35,136 nt of DNA from Parvularia atlantis (taxonomy: Eukaryota). The notes below the pieces were generated by a model. That model was not told where the DNA came from. It did not search any database and saw only the letters and a list, made by a program, of their open reading frames with translations. The stretch's first letter is position 1. Each line of letters starts with the position of its first letter. Shown here piece by piece: positions 1 through 11,144 of this stretch. Made by a program: the position numbers and the translations under genes. The stretch lies in the NCBI GenBank assembly GCA_943704415.1, contig CALSCO010001689.1:1-35136 (forward strand). Direction: 5' to 3'.

Positions 1-177
1 CCCCCCCCAATCTCCCGCCCCTCCCTTGGAGCCGCGCTGTGTCTGTGTCGGCGGAGGATTGCGTTGTTCTTTTGTGACGGCCGCGGTCGCGAGCAGAGAG
101 GGATGTACACGGCGCGACACAGAGGACACGAAAGAAGAGAACGGATGCCGTGCGGTGCGATGCGACACGCCGGGCGC

Positions 178-680
178 TCACTGGCCGCCGACCTGCGACA
201 CAAACACGTCGATGGTGTCGTTGTCCTCCATCTGCAGCTGCGGCGCCCGGAGGCGTCAGCACAGCGACGGCACGCGCGTGCCTCTCGCGGCCGAACCTTC
301 TCGGGCGTGTCGGTCTCCTGCAGGCGCTCGCCGTCGAACGTGAAGCGGACGGACGCGCGGTCCTTGCCCTGCCGCTCGCAGTACGCGTCCATGAGGCGCT
401 TGAGCGGTGTCTGGCGCTTGATCTTGAAGAAGACCTCGTTGTGGTCCTGCGCCCCGCGCGCGCACGCCCGCGTCAGGCCCCGCGGGCCGGCCGTGTGCGC
501 CAATTTGCGCGCCAAAAAAGTCGGCGAGCGACACGCCACCTGGCCGACGACCTTGAGGTTGATGTGCGCCGACGCCCCGCCCGCGTTCTTCGAGTCGCCC
601 GCGTCCGCACCACCCGCACCACCCACGTCGCCCGCCGGCGCCCCCGCGCCCGTCTTCTCGGCCTTCACGGGAGGCTCCAT
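178..680 (-). CDS. SUMO: Small ubiquitin-like modifier (SUMO/Smt3), 3 exons
   Basis: Spliced translation MEPPVKAEK...[78 protein letters not shown]. It has typical SUMO motifs and a di-Gly followed by a one-residue propeptide. Two GT-AG introns. Confidence 0.96.
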
Positions 681-947
681 GGCTTGCAAAGGGGTAATCT
701 GCGGCTGCACCACTGGTGCCGGTGTGGTGTGGCGCCGTGTCAGTCGTCGAGCGGGCGAATGAGCAGGGGCGCCGGCGATAGGAGCGGGAGCAGGTGCGCG
801 CGCGTGCGCGCACGGGGAGAAGAATCGCAGCCATGCGGTACGGCAGGGGCACGGGCGGGCGCGGGCGCAGGCGCATGGGGCGACGAGGAGGAAGCGAGGA
901 CAGCAGCATTCTGCAGCGCCAAAAAATCCCATCGGACGCTTGCGCGC

Positions 948-1579
948 ATGGCGGCGAGGTGCGGCTCTGTCACGCAACCGGCGCGGTCGCTGACGGCGCG
1001 GGCGCGCCCACAGGGCCGAGCACGACGTGGCTGCGCTGGTGCGCGCCGCCGACGGCGCCCGCGCGCACGCCTACGCGCCGTACAGCCGCTTTCACGTCGG
1101 CGCGGCGCTGCTGTGCGACGACGGCACGGTCGTGACCGGTTGCGCACCTTTGTTGTCGCACAAAGGTGATCGCTGATCGCACGCACGCGCACGCACGCCA
1201 CAGGCTGCAACGTCGAGAACGCGAGCTACGGCCTGACCATCTGCGCCGAGCGTTCGGCCTTCGTCGCAGCCGTAAGCCAGGGCCGGCGCAAGTTCCGCGC
1301 CGTCGCCGTCACGAGCGACGCCAAGGACGGCGAGGTCTGGCCGTGCGGCGCGTGCCGCCAGTTCATGGCCGAGGTGCGCGCCCGGCGGGCACGGCACGAG
1401 CCGGATTGCGTCGCTGACAGCCGCTGCAGTTTGGCACGGGCCTGCTGGTGCACTCGGGCCGCGCCGACGGCGCCGTCGCCACCGTCACGCTCACCCTGGC
1501 CGAGCTGCTGCCGCACGCGTTCACACCGGCGTCGCTCGAGATCGAGCGCTCACCGCCACCCGCGAGCACGGCGCACTGA
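948..1579 (+). CDS. CDA: Cytidine deaminase (homotetrameric type), 4 exons
   Basis: Spliced product contains [47 protein letters not shown] and LAELLPHAF, i.e. the CAE and PCxxC zinc motifs. Three GT-AG introns. Confidence 0.95.
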
Positions 1580-1636
1580 CACTGATAACGGCTGCAGATT
1601 TTTCTGTCCGCCACGCGCTCAAACACACATGCTGCC

Positions 1637-2125
1637 TCATCTCCTCCGCGTGCGTTTGCTCATCGCGCCGCCGCGGCCGCCCTGGCCGCGCTGCTGCCGC
1701 TTGGCGCCGTACCGCCCGCGGTCTTCCCACTGGCGCTGCTTGCGTGACTCGCCCGGCCCGGCTGACTCCTCGATCAGGTGCGCAAAGTCGTCGGCCGAAG
1801 CGAACGTGGACCCGTCCAGGTGGATGCCCTTGAGCACGCTCTCGCGCGCTGTTGCGACGGGTGTGAGCGGGCGCATGGCACGGCACGTCGGCGCACGCAC
1901 CGCTCTGGCGCTGCAGCTTCTTCGTTTGCCGCTTGGACAGCGGCGCCGCGTCATCCTCGTCCTCGACCTCGTCGTCGTCCTCGTCGTCCTCGTCATCCTC
2001 GTTGTCCTCGTCTGCCGCCATCGCGCGCGCAAACGCGTCGTCGTCCTCGCTGTCGACCTCGTCCTCCCCAGCTGCCGCCTCGCCCTCCTCTGCCGCCACG
2101 TCGTCTTCCTCCGGCGCGTCATCAG

Positions 2126-2156
<31 letters not shown>

Positions 2157-5100
2157 ATCGCCCTCGAGGGCCAGGCGCCGGCTCGTCGACACCATCGCCG
2201 CGTCCTCCGCGTCAACAGCCTCCAGTGCGGCCTCCAGCCCCTCGTAGCCCGCCTCGTCATCGTCCAGGTCGATCTCGTCCACGTCCTTCGACGGCAAGAT
2301 GGCAGCCGGGCGGCGCGCGTGCGCCTTGCCCTCGTCAGCATCCCCGTCGCCTTCATCCTCGTCCTCGTCCTCGTCATCCACCAGGTCGCCCTCGTCCAGC
2401 GCCGGCAGGTCGTGGTCGTCGTCCTCGTCCTCGTCCATCACCTCGGCTGCATGCGCGGGCGTCAGCAGTGCAGACGGCACGGCTGCGGTACGCACACGAC
2501 AGGCCGAGTGCCTCGTCGATCTGCTCGTCCGTCAGCCCCTCCAGCGCGTCCTCGTCCTGCTCGCTCCGTGCCTGTTCCGCGCCGTCAGCGTTGCGCACCA
2601 CGCACGCGCCCGGTCAGCGCACCCGCCGCTTCACGGTCTGCTTCTCCTTGGCGGCCTCCTGGCGCTGCTTTTCCTTGAAGTAGTTGTAGTAGAACAGCTG
2701 CGCGCGGCCGAGGGGTCAGCAAGCGCAGAAGGCACACGCAGTGCACGGCGGCACGCGCCTGGTCGGGCGGGACCTCTTCGGGCGCCTTGCGCACGAACGC
2801 GCCGTCAAACACAGGCACGGTGTCTGCGGCAGACCTCGCCGGTGAGCCGTGGCACCGACCAGCGCACGCGCAGCGCACCAGTGTGCGGGCGCACGTGCCG
2901 TACGGGCTGCATGATCGACGAGCCGCGTGCAGGGATGCCGGTCGCGTCCTTCTTCGGGTTCTTGTACCTGCGGCGCACAAGAGTACGGCTCAGCGTTGCG
3001 CGCCGGGGCATCACTAGCGTCGCACGCACACAAAGCGCTCAAGGAAGTTGGCCAGCGTAAAGTCGCCGAGCGGGTCGCCCTTGTACTCGATCAGCTCGCC
3101 ACGCAGCAGCGTCTGCGCAAACTTGGCGACGGACGGGTGGAAGTGCTGCGCCAGCTCGGTCTGTACGGCAGATTAGCAGCGCGAGAGGCCGACAGCGGCA
3201 CGACGCGGCGCACAAGCTCCCAGAAGCACGCGGTGTCGGCGTTGCAGAACTTGGGGTCGCGCTTGCGCGGGTCGTACTGCTGCGCTGCGTCCGGCTGCTC
3301 GGCTGCTGCACCGTTGCTCTACGAACGGGCACGTGAGCGCGACGTCGACGCCGATGCGTTCGCGGTGGCACCTCGCGCAACACGACGACGGCCTCGTCGT
3401 GTTCGTCCTTGTCAACAAAGCGCTCAACGTCGTCCTCGGCCGGCGCGCCCGCTGCGGGCTGCGGCTCCAGCACGGCCGGCCATAGGAACGACTTGAGCCG
3501 GACCATCTGCGTGCACCGTAAGCACGCGCCTGCGCACGGACACTGCTGCATGCACCTCAGACACGAGGATGAGCACGGCACAGATGAACGACGGCTGCTG
3601 GTACAGCGCGACCTACGTGCGCAGCGCACGGGTCAGCGGCAGAGCACGAGGCACGCGCGCACACGTGCCTGCATCGTGCGCTTGATGAAGGCCTTGACGC
3701 GCGCGAGGTTGCTGTCAGCCTTGATCGCCTTGTACAGCAGGTTGAGGAAGAGCGGCTGCTTGGACGACGTGAACAGGCGCCGATCGAACAGGACGTCGTA
3801 CAGCGCGCGGTAGAAGCGGTCTGCGGCGGCCTGGCGGGCGATGCGAGTCAACGGCCGGCGTGCGCAGCCACACTGAGCGCCTCACCTGCCGCGACGAGAT
3901 CACGTGGAAGATCAGCATTAGCGCCTGCACGCCCGTGTTGAACGAGGCGACGTGCACGACGCGGTACAGCGTGTCGAGGTGTTTCGCGAAGCTGCGCAGC
4001 GGCCCGTGTGAACACGACACCGCGACTGCAGCACACGCGCAAGCCGCACATGTCGTCCTCGATCTTGGAGAACGGGAACGCGCGGTTGACGCCCGTGAGC
4101 AGCGCCGAGAGGATGCGCGTGTCAAGGTCGGAGCTACTGACGATCTGCGCTATGCGTGAGCACGCGTGCACGCTCGCGTCAGCACGCGGCACGCACCTGG
4201 ATGTACAGCGCAAAGTACACGTCGATCAGGTGGTTGGCCGTGGCCGTGTCGTTCTTGGTCAGGATGAGCTGGTTGAGCATGATCAGGGCGTAGTAGCTGC
4301 CGCCGGCCCGTGAGGCACGCCGGGGCGCAGCGGCGTAGCACGCGCGCGCACCGTGCACGCATCGAGACCTTGGGCCGGAAGAGCAGCGCCTCGACCGCGC
4401 GCACGACTACGCCCTTCATGTTCGGGTGCCGCAGCAGCAGCTGCGACAGCAGGTGGCTCGCCTTGGCGGCGATGCTGCGGTCGAGGTCGCCCTGGGCGCG
4501 TGCGCGATCGGTCGGCGTGGCCCGTGACGGCCCGCAGCGTGCGCACGAGCTTGTCAACGAGGATCGCGAGCAGGTTTTTCTCTTGCTCAGGCTTGCCGAC
4601 GAGGAGGTCAAACACGTGCGCGAGGGCCACGCGGCGCGTCTTGACGACTGTATCGTGCGTCATGGCCTGTGTGTACGCGCGCGCGCGCGCGCGCAATATG
4701 GGTACTCAGCCTGTTGCCGCGCCCCAGCCAGCCAGCAGCCGGCCGCGCACCTCAAGGACCTTTACGAACTCGAGGTAGAGCCGCTTCAGGCCGTCCTCGA
4801 ACAGGCGCAGCAGCGCCGTCTGGTTGCTCACGCCCTCGGCCCAGTCGTCGTGCTCGTAGAAGTACCTGGCAGTCGCGCGTGTGTCAGTGGCGCGGAGCAC
4901 AACGCAACCGACGCACCGTAGCTTGCGATCGGGCAGGACGTCGGCGAGCGCGAGCGCCTTGATCGCTTGGACCGACTGCATCACTGCGGCGCGCCAAACA
5001 TGAGCCCCGCTGCGCTGCCTGTGGCTGCCGGCGCGCGCTCGCACCCTCGCGCTTGTTCTTCTTCTGCGCCATCGTGAGCAGGTTTTGCAGCGCGCCGAGG

Positions 5101-5619
5101 CGGTACACGGGCCCCTCCTGGAACATGAGTGTCATGGCGGCGATCTGCAGCGGCGCACGCGGCGCGCGCATGAGCCGTCCACTGCATCCGGGCACGCGCG
5201 ACGGCACGGGCGCCGCGCCTTGTCGGAGACCGTGCCCTGCTGCGCGACGGTCTTGACCCAAGCCTGCTCTGACTTGGACGTCTCGGCGGCTGCGTCCGCG
5301 CGCGTGCGCTCAGCATCTCGCGAGCACGTGGCCGCAGCACGCACAGACGCCCTCGAACACGGCCGTCTGTGTCCGCAGCACGGCCTCGGCGTGCGCGCGC
5401 CAGAGCTCGACCGAGGCAAGGCGCACTGCGTCGGCGCAAGAGCGTGAGCGCGCTGCACGGCCGCCAGCAGCTGTGCGCACCGATCTTGGACCGTTCGCCC
5501 TGCTGCTCCCGCTGCTCCTGCTGCTCGGCCAGCGCGACGTGCCACGCCACCGACGGCGCCACGAGCAGACCCTTGGACGGCTTGCCCGCGCGCCGCGCCA
5601 CGTGCTCCGCGGCTGTCAT
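1637..5619 (-). CDS. CEBPZ: CCAAT/enhancer-binding protein zeta / Mak21/Noc1 (60S biogenesis factor), about 22 exons
   Basis: Exons encode GTVSDK|IAAMTL, KPEQEKNLLAILVDKLGD, IAAKASHLL, RILSALLTGVNRAFPF, DRFYRALY, YDPRKRDPKF, HFHPSVAKFA, NFLERFVYKNPK, a long D/E tract and C-terminal STFASADDF. The ATG at 5619 has an in-frame stop two codons upstream. Confidence 0.92.
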
Positions 5620-5643
5620 TCTTCACGACTTTCGAAATAGGCA
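5620..5643. promoter_or_regulatory. 24-bp spacer between the divergent ATGs of CEBPZ and pelota (putative bidirectional initiation region)
   Basis: cat-TCTTCACGACTTTCGAAATAGGCA-atg; AT-rich relative to its surroundings and contains the palindrome TTTCGAAA. Confidence 0.55.
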
Positions 5644-7319
5644 ATGCGGCTGGTAGGCAAACGTATAGAGCGCGACGGGTCGGGTGCGTGGTGCGGACGA
5701 CGCGATTGCGGCGCGCGCGCGCGCGCAGGCTGAGCCGCGGGCGCAGGCGAGGTCGCGCTGATCGCGGACGAGCCCGAGGACCTGTGGCACGTGTACAACC
5801 TGGTCGTGCTCGGTGACCGCGTGCGCGCAGGGACATGGCGGTGCGACCATGGCGCAAGCCGATGTCGAGCGCGGATGCTGACGCGCGTGCGGCGCCAGCA
5901 AAGTGCAGTCGGAGAGCAGCACCGGCAGCGTCGAGAGCAGCCGCGTGCACACTGTGCTCACGATCGCTGTCACCGCGGTCGACTTTGACCCGCAGGCGTG
6001 CTCGCTCCGGCTGAACGGGCGCAACGTTGAGGAGAACAGCTACGTCAAGATGGGCGCGTACCACACGATCGACCTCGAGCTCAACCACAAGTTCTGGGTC
6101 ATCAAGAGCGAGTGGGACTCGCTCGCGCTCGACCGCGTCGCCATCGCCTGCGACCCGGCCAAGACCGCGGACGTCGCCGCCGTGGTGCGCGCTGCCTTGC
6201 AAGCTAGCACGCGCGCCCCGAGCCGAACGCCGGCGGCAGGTCATGCAGGAGGGGCTCGCGAACGTGTGCCTGATCACGGCGCACATGACTATCGTGCGGG
6301 AGCGCATCCACCCGGTCATCCCGCGCAAGCGCCGCGGCGACGTCGCGCAGTACGAGAAGGGCATGAGCAAGTGCGCAGCCGCCCGCTGCCGCTCGCGGCT
6401 GCCGTCGCCGTCCCTGAGCGCGGCCGCGCGCAGGTTCTTCGAGCAGATCCTGCGCGCGGTCGAGACGCACGTCGATTTTGCCGTCGTCAAGTGCCTCATC
6501 CTCGCCAGCCCGGGCTTCGTCAAGGACCAGTTCTACACGTACATGATGGCGCAGGCGCGTTCCGCGCGCGCACACACGCACGCACTGCGACCGGCGCCGT
6601 GACGCACATTGCCGCAGGCCGTCAAGCGCGAGATCAAGGTGCTGCTGGAGAACAAGTCGAAGATCCTTCTGGCGCACGCGTCGAGCGGGCACAAGGGCGC
6701 GGTCAAGGGTGCGTCCGCTATGTGCGCTGATCCGCTGCTCATGCCGGCCGCCCGCGCGCCAGAGATACTCGAGGACCCGTCGGTGCTGAGCCGACTGGCC
6801 GACACGAAGGCCGCCGATGAGGTCCGCGTGCTCAACCAGTTCCACCACGCGCTCAACGTCGACGGTGGGGACCGCACGGCGTACGGGCCGCGGCACGTGT
6901 TGATCGCGAGCGAGCGCGGCGCGATCGACACGCTGCTCATCTCGGACGGTGCGGCCCGCTGCCGTCGTGCGACGGCGGGCGTGCCGATGCGCTGCCCTGC
7001 CGCAGGCCTCCTCCGCTCAAGCGACATCGCCACGCGCCGGCGCTACGTCGGCATGGTCGACAGCGTGAAGTCGACCGGGGGGCGCGTGGTTGTGTTCTCG
7101 TCGGCGCACGTCTCGGGCGAGCAGCTGGACCAGGTGCGCGTGTGCGCCGCGTACGAGTGGCGTGCCTGAGCGCCGCCGCAGCTCACGGGCATTGCGGCCA
7201 TCCTACGCTTCCCGCTACCGGACCTAGACGACGACGACGACGCGGACGGCGCGCTCCCGCCGCAGCCCACCGACGAGGACGACGACCTGCCGCCGCTCGA
7301 GGGCGACGGGCGAGGGTAG
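5644..7319 (+). CDS. PELO: Pelota/Dom34 ribosome rescue factor, 9 exons
   Basis: [98 protein letters not shown]; acidic tail; TAG at 7317-7319. Confidence 0.96.
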
Positions 7320-7323
7320 TGCT

Positions 7324-7324
<1 letters not shown>

Positions 7325-7354
<30 letters not shown>
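7325..7354. repeat. T30 homopolymer (A30 on minus strand) between convergent stop codons
   Basis: 30 consecutive T, starting 5 nt after the pelota stop codon. Confidence 0.95.
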
Positions 7355-7355
<1 letters not shown>

Positions 7356-7396
7356 ATCGTGCGGCGACGGCATAACAGTCAAGCGGCCGGGTGTCG

Positions 7397-9457
7397 TCAG
7401 TGCCGGCGCCCGCGGATCGTGCCCTTCATGTCGTTGAACTGACGGTCGAGGTCGCCAAAGAGGTCGTCGAGGGCCGCGTCGGCCGCGCTCTGCTTGGCGG
7501 CCGGCGCGGCTGCTGATGTTGCTGCCGGTGCTGCTGCGGGCGCGGGTGCTGCGGCGGGCGCCTTCTTGGCCGGGTCCTCGAAGATGCTGCAGGCGCGGCG
7601 GGTCAGCGGCGCGGCGCAAAAGGCGCGGGCCGGCGCACCTCTGTACTGCAGTCTTGCGCAGCACGCCGGGGCCCGGCACGGGCGAGGACGGCGCGGGCGA
7701 GCCGGGCGCGGGCGTGTCGCGCGCCGAGGTCTTGCGCAGCATCTGCGCCAGGTTGGCCATCTGGCCCGTGTCCTTGTGCTCCGCGGGCTGTGCAGGCGCG
7801 CGGCGTCGGTCGCATGCCGCGACGGTCAACTGTGCCCGCGCACCTTCTCGACCTTCTCGACCGGTCGCAGCTGCCGGTTCTTTAGGCGCTCATTCAGCTC
7901 GAGGATCGCTTGAGCGCGGAGGTCATCTGCGTTACGGGTGAGCGGCGATGCCCGATGCACGGCCGTTGGGCGCACTGAGCGGGTCGGCTGCGCTGCCCGC
8001 GAGCTTCGTCTTCAGCGCGCCCAGGCGCTGCTTGAGGTTGTCGGACGCCTTAACGGCCACGTAGACTGGCGGCGGTGGCGGTGGCGGCGGCGGTGGTGGC
8101 GGCGCGCCGCTACCGTCGGGCACACGCGCGCGCAGCTCGTCGGCTGGCCGCGAGTGTCACAACGACGGCAACAAGCAGCGGCACGGGCGGCGACGCACCC
8201 TCGGTCTGCAGCTTGTCGAGCTTGTCCTGCAGCTCCTTGTTGCGCGCTTCGGACGCGCTGAAGGCGCGCTGCGCGTCCTCGAGCTTGACCTGCACCACGC
8301 GGCGTTGAGGCCGTGACGCGACACCGCGCGCCACGCACCTCGAGCTCGGTCACGGTCATCAGGTCAATCTGGTTGCCCTGGCGCTCGCCCAGCTGGTGCG
8401 TCAGGCTAGCCACCTCGGCCTCAGCAAGCTCTCGCCGGCGCCGCTCGGCCGCGAGCGCCTCATCATTGCCGCTGTCGTTGCGTGGCTTGGCGCTGCCATC
8501 GCCGCTCTCGGCTGGCGCGGCCTGGCTGAGCTGCGCGTGGTACTCGCCCGCGAGCCGTTCGGCCTCCTGGCGCAGGATCTGCTCTTTGGCGTACCTGCGC
8601 GGCGCGGCGTGTCAGGCGGGCAGCGGCGCGGGCCGGCCACGAGCGCGTGCTTTTGCTTTAGCTCGTTGAACTCCTCGAGCGCCGCGGCAGCCGCTGCAGG
8701 GCGAGCGTGAGCGGTGTACGCAGCACAGCGACCCACGAGCGCCGCACCGCGCTGGAACCGCTCGAGCGTCGTCTCGGCCGCGTTGGCGCGCGCCGTCGCC
8801 TCGGCCAGGCGCGTCTCGGTCACGTTCAGGCGCTCTCCGAGATCTGCGCGCCGCGCCCGGTAAGCACGCGCGCACGGCCATGCGGCAGACGGCACGGCAG
8901 CACCGGTCAGCGTCGGGATGAGGTAGATGTCGGACGACTCGCGCGTCTGGCTGACGGGTGCGGCGACAGGCGCGGCATCGGCGGCACCGACGAGCTTCTG
9001 CAGGCGCTCGCGCTCGGCACGCTCGTGGTTGTACCTACGTGCGTGCGCGCACACGTGAGCGCGACCCGGACCAGCCAACGATGGCGCCGCACGCGTTCTT
9101 GAGCTCGTGGTGCTCCTCGACGGCGGACGAGGCGACTGCGCACGGATCGCGGTAAGCGAGCACGCGCACACGGATCGCAACGTGTTGCACAGCCCCGCAC
9201 CGCGCGTGAGCGTGTCGAGCATGCGCTGCACGTCGGCGAGGCGCGCCTGCGTCGCGGCGTGCGCATCCTTCTCGTGCTGCAGCGCCTGCCGCACCTCGCG
9301 GAACTCGCCGTACGCTGCGCGCGCAGATCGCATGTCAGCAGTGCGCTCGCGTGCGCCGTGCCGCTGTCGACGCACCCTTGTCCCACAGGCGCAGGACCTT
9401 CTCGAGGTTGGCCTCAGCTTCTTCGGCACGCCGATGCGCGTCTTCGACGTTCGACAT
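7397..9457 (-). CDS. Coiled-coil + polyproline + WH2-like protein, shootin-1-like, about 12 exons
   Basis: Spliced: MSNVEDAHRRAEEAEANLEKVLRLWDKAYGEFREV...VASSAVEEHHELKNAYNHERAERE...LERFQRAAAAALEEFNELKQKYAKEQILRQEAERLA...APPPPPPPPPPPPVY...DLRAQAILELNERLKNRQLRPVEK...LDDLFGDLDRQFNDMKGTIRGRRH*. The gene structure is well supported. The shootin resemblance is from recalled motifs. Confidence 0.7.
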
Positions 9458-9472
9458 TGCACAATTTGCAGC
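9458..9472. promoter_or_regulatory. 15-bp spacer between the divergent ATGs of the shootin-like gene and RSL1D1 (putative bidirectional initiation region)
   Basis: cat-TGCACAATTTGCAGC-atg; near-palindromic TGCA-CAATT-TGCA. Confidence 0.55.
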
Positions 9473-10766
9473 ATGGAGGAGAGCCTCGTGGCCCGCACAA
9501 CCGTGACGCCGGCCGTGCGCGCCGTGCTCGCGCTGCACGAGCAGCAGCACGCGGGCAAGAACGAGCTGCTGGGCGCGGACGACTACGTGCTGCTGCAGAT
9601 CGCACTCGTGACCATCCCGGACCGCACGCTGCGGCGGACCGTGCGCATGTGCGTCGCTGGGACCGCTTGCACGCCCTGCTCACGCGCACGCCGCACAGCC
9701 CACTGCCGCACACGGCGCTGCCCGAGGACCCGCAGGTGTGCCTGTTCACGAAAGACCCGCAGCGCGAGTACAAGGACCTGCTGCAGGCCAAGGCGATCAC
9801 GAGCGTGCAGCGCGTCGTCGGCCTGACCAAGCTCAAGACCAAGTTCAAGCAGTTTGAGGCGCGCCGCCTGCTGTGCGCGCAGTACGATGTGTTCCTCGCG
9901 GACGACCGCATCCTGCACCTCCTGCCGCCTCACCTTGGCAAAACCTTCTACGACAAGAAGAAGTGCGGCGCGAATGGCTGCGCGCTTTGCACGGCCAAAG
10001 CTAACCGCGCGCCAGGATGCCCGTCGCCGTCAACATCCGCAAGGCGGACCTTGCGGCCGAGCTGCAGGCGGCGCTGAAGTGCGAGCGTGTGAACCGGCGC
10101 CTGCGCGCGTCTGCCGCTGAACGTGCCCACTGCGCAGCGCGACGTACTTGCACATCACCTCGGGCTCGTGTCTCACGGTCAAGGTCGGAAGGATGTCGCA
10201 GCCGCTCGAAGCGCTCGTGGACAACGTCGTGGCCGCGGTGCCCGTGATCGTCAACGCGCTGCCGCGCAAGTGGCGCAACGTGCAGGTGCGTTACCGGCGC
10301 ACGGCATACGGCGTGAGTGCTGACCACTGTGCTGGTGCAGGCGCTGCACCTCAAGACGAGCGCCTCGCTCGCCGTGCCGATCTACGCGCACCTGCCTCCC
10401 GCACCCAAGGCGCCCGTCGCCGCCGCTCCAACAGCGAAGGCTGTTAAGGAGACTGCGCTGCCTGCGGGCAAGCGCAAGCGCCTGGCGGCCGAGCCTCCCG
10501 CCGAGCCCAGCGTGGCACCGGCCAAGGCACCGGCCAAGGCGTCGGCCAAGGCCACGAGCGCGAGTGCGGCAACGCGCAAGGTGCCGGCCAAGGTCAAGGC
10601 CACGAGCGCGAGCGCAGCAACACGCAAGACGCCGGCCGCGCGCAAGGCCGCCGCCGATGAGCCCTCCGCGGCGCTCGCATCGGCCGGGAGCAAGCGCAAG
10701 CAGTCCGCGGACCCGGCGCCGACGCCGGCCGCCGCCGCAGCCAAGCGGGCGCGGCGCGCACAGTAA
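9473..10766 (+). CDS. RSL1D1: Ribosomal L1 domain-containing protein (RSL1D1/CSIG/Cic1/Utp30 family), 5 exons
   Basis: RIPLPH, VCLFTKDPQREYKDLL, KLKTKFKQFEARRLLCAQYDVFLADDRILHLLPPHLGKTFY, KWRNVQALHLKTSASLAVPIY, then a Lys/Ala-rich tail. Confidence 0.92.
10548..10629 (+). repeat. Imperfect in-frame duplication (KATSASAATRK x2) in the RSL1D1 basic tail
   Basis: aaggccacgagcgcgagtgcggcaacgcgcaag and aaggccacgagcgcgagcgcagcaacacgcaag differ only at synonymous positions. Confidence 0.85.
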
Positions 10767-11144
10767 GACTAGCCCCCTTGATTGTACCCTCGGCGCCGTG
10801 GGTCGGTGCGGGCGCGCGGACGCGTGCGCGGCTCTGCATGGGTGTTGCGGCCGGTGCGCTCGGTCTGCCTGGTGGTCGCGAGTGTAGCGCATTTGCAGGG
10901 AGGGCGGGCGGGCGCGGGTGTCGAGGCACCGGGCGCCGAGTGGTCTAAGAAAAGCTAACCATTCTTTCCCTTCCGTCGGCCCCTGCGCAGGCTGCACGGC
11001 GAGGCCTCGGTTGAGCAGATGCGCGCCGCGGGCGAGCACGGCGCGCGCCCCCGGCCCGCAGCGAGCAGCGACCAGGGTGCGTGACACAACGTGTTCGACC
11101 GCGTATCACTTGAGTTCCTTTGTGTAGGCATATTTTGTGTACTG

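Noticed and set aside
1365..2678. 437-aa plus-strand ORF and other long ORFs over the CEBPZ acidic region
   Set aside because: Antisense shadows of GAC/GAG codon repeats in GC-rich DNA; no recognisable domain.
5132..6523. 463-aa minus-strand ORF spanning the CEBPZ/pelota junction
   Set aside because: Mostly antisense to pelota, runs through introns, and is out of frame with the CEBPZ ATG at 5619.
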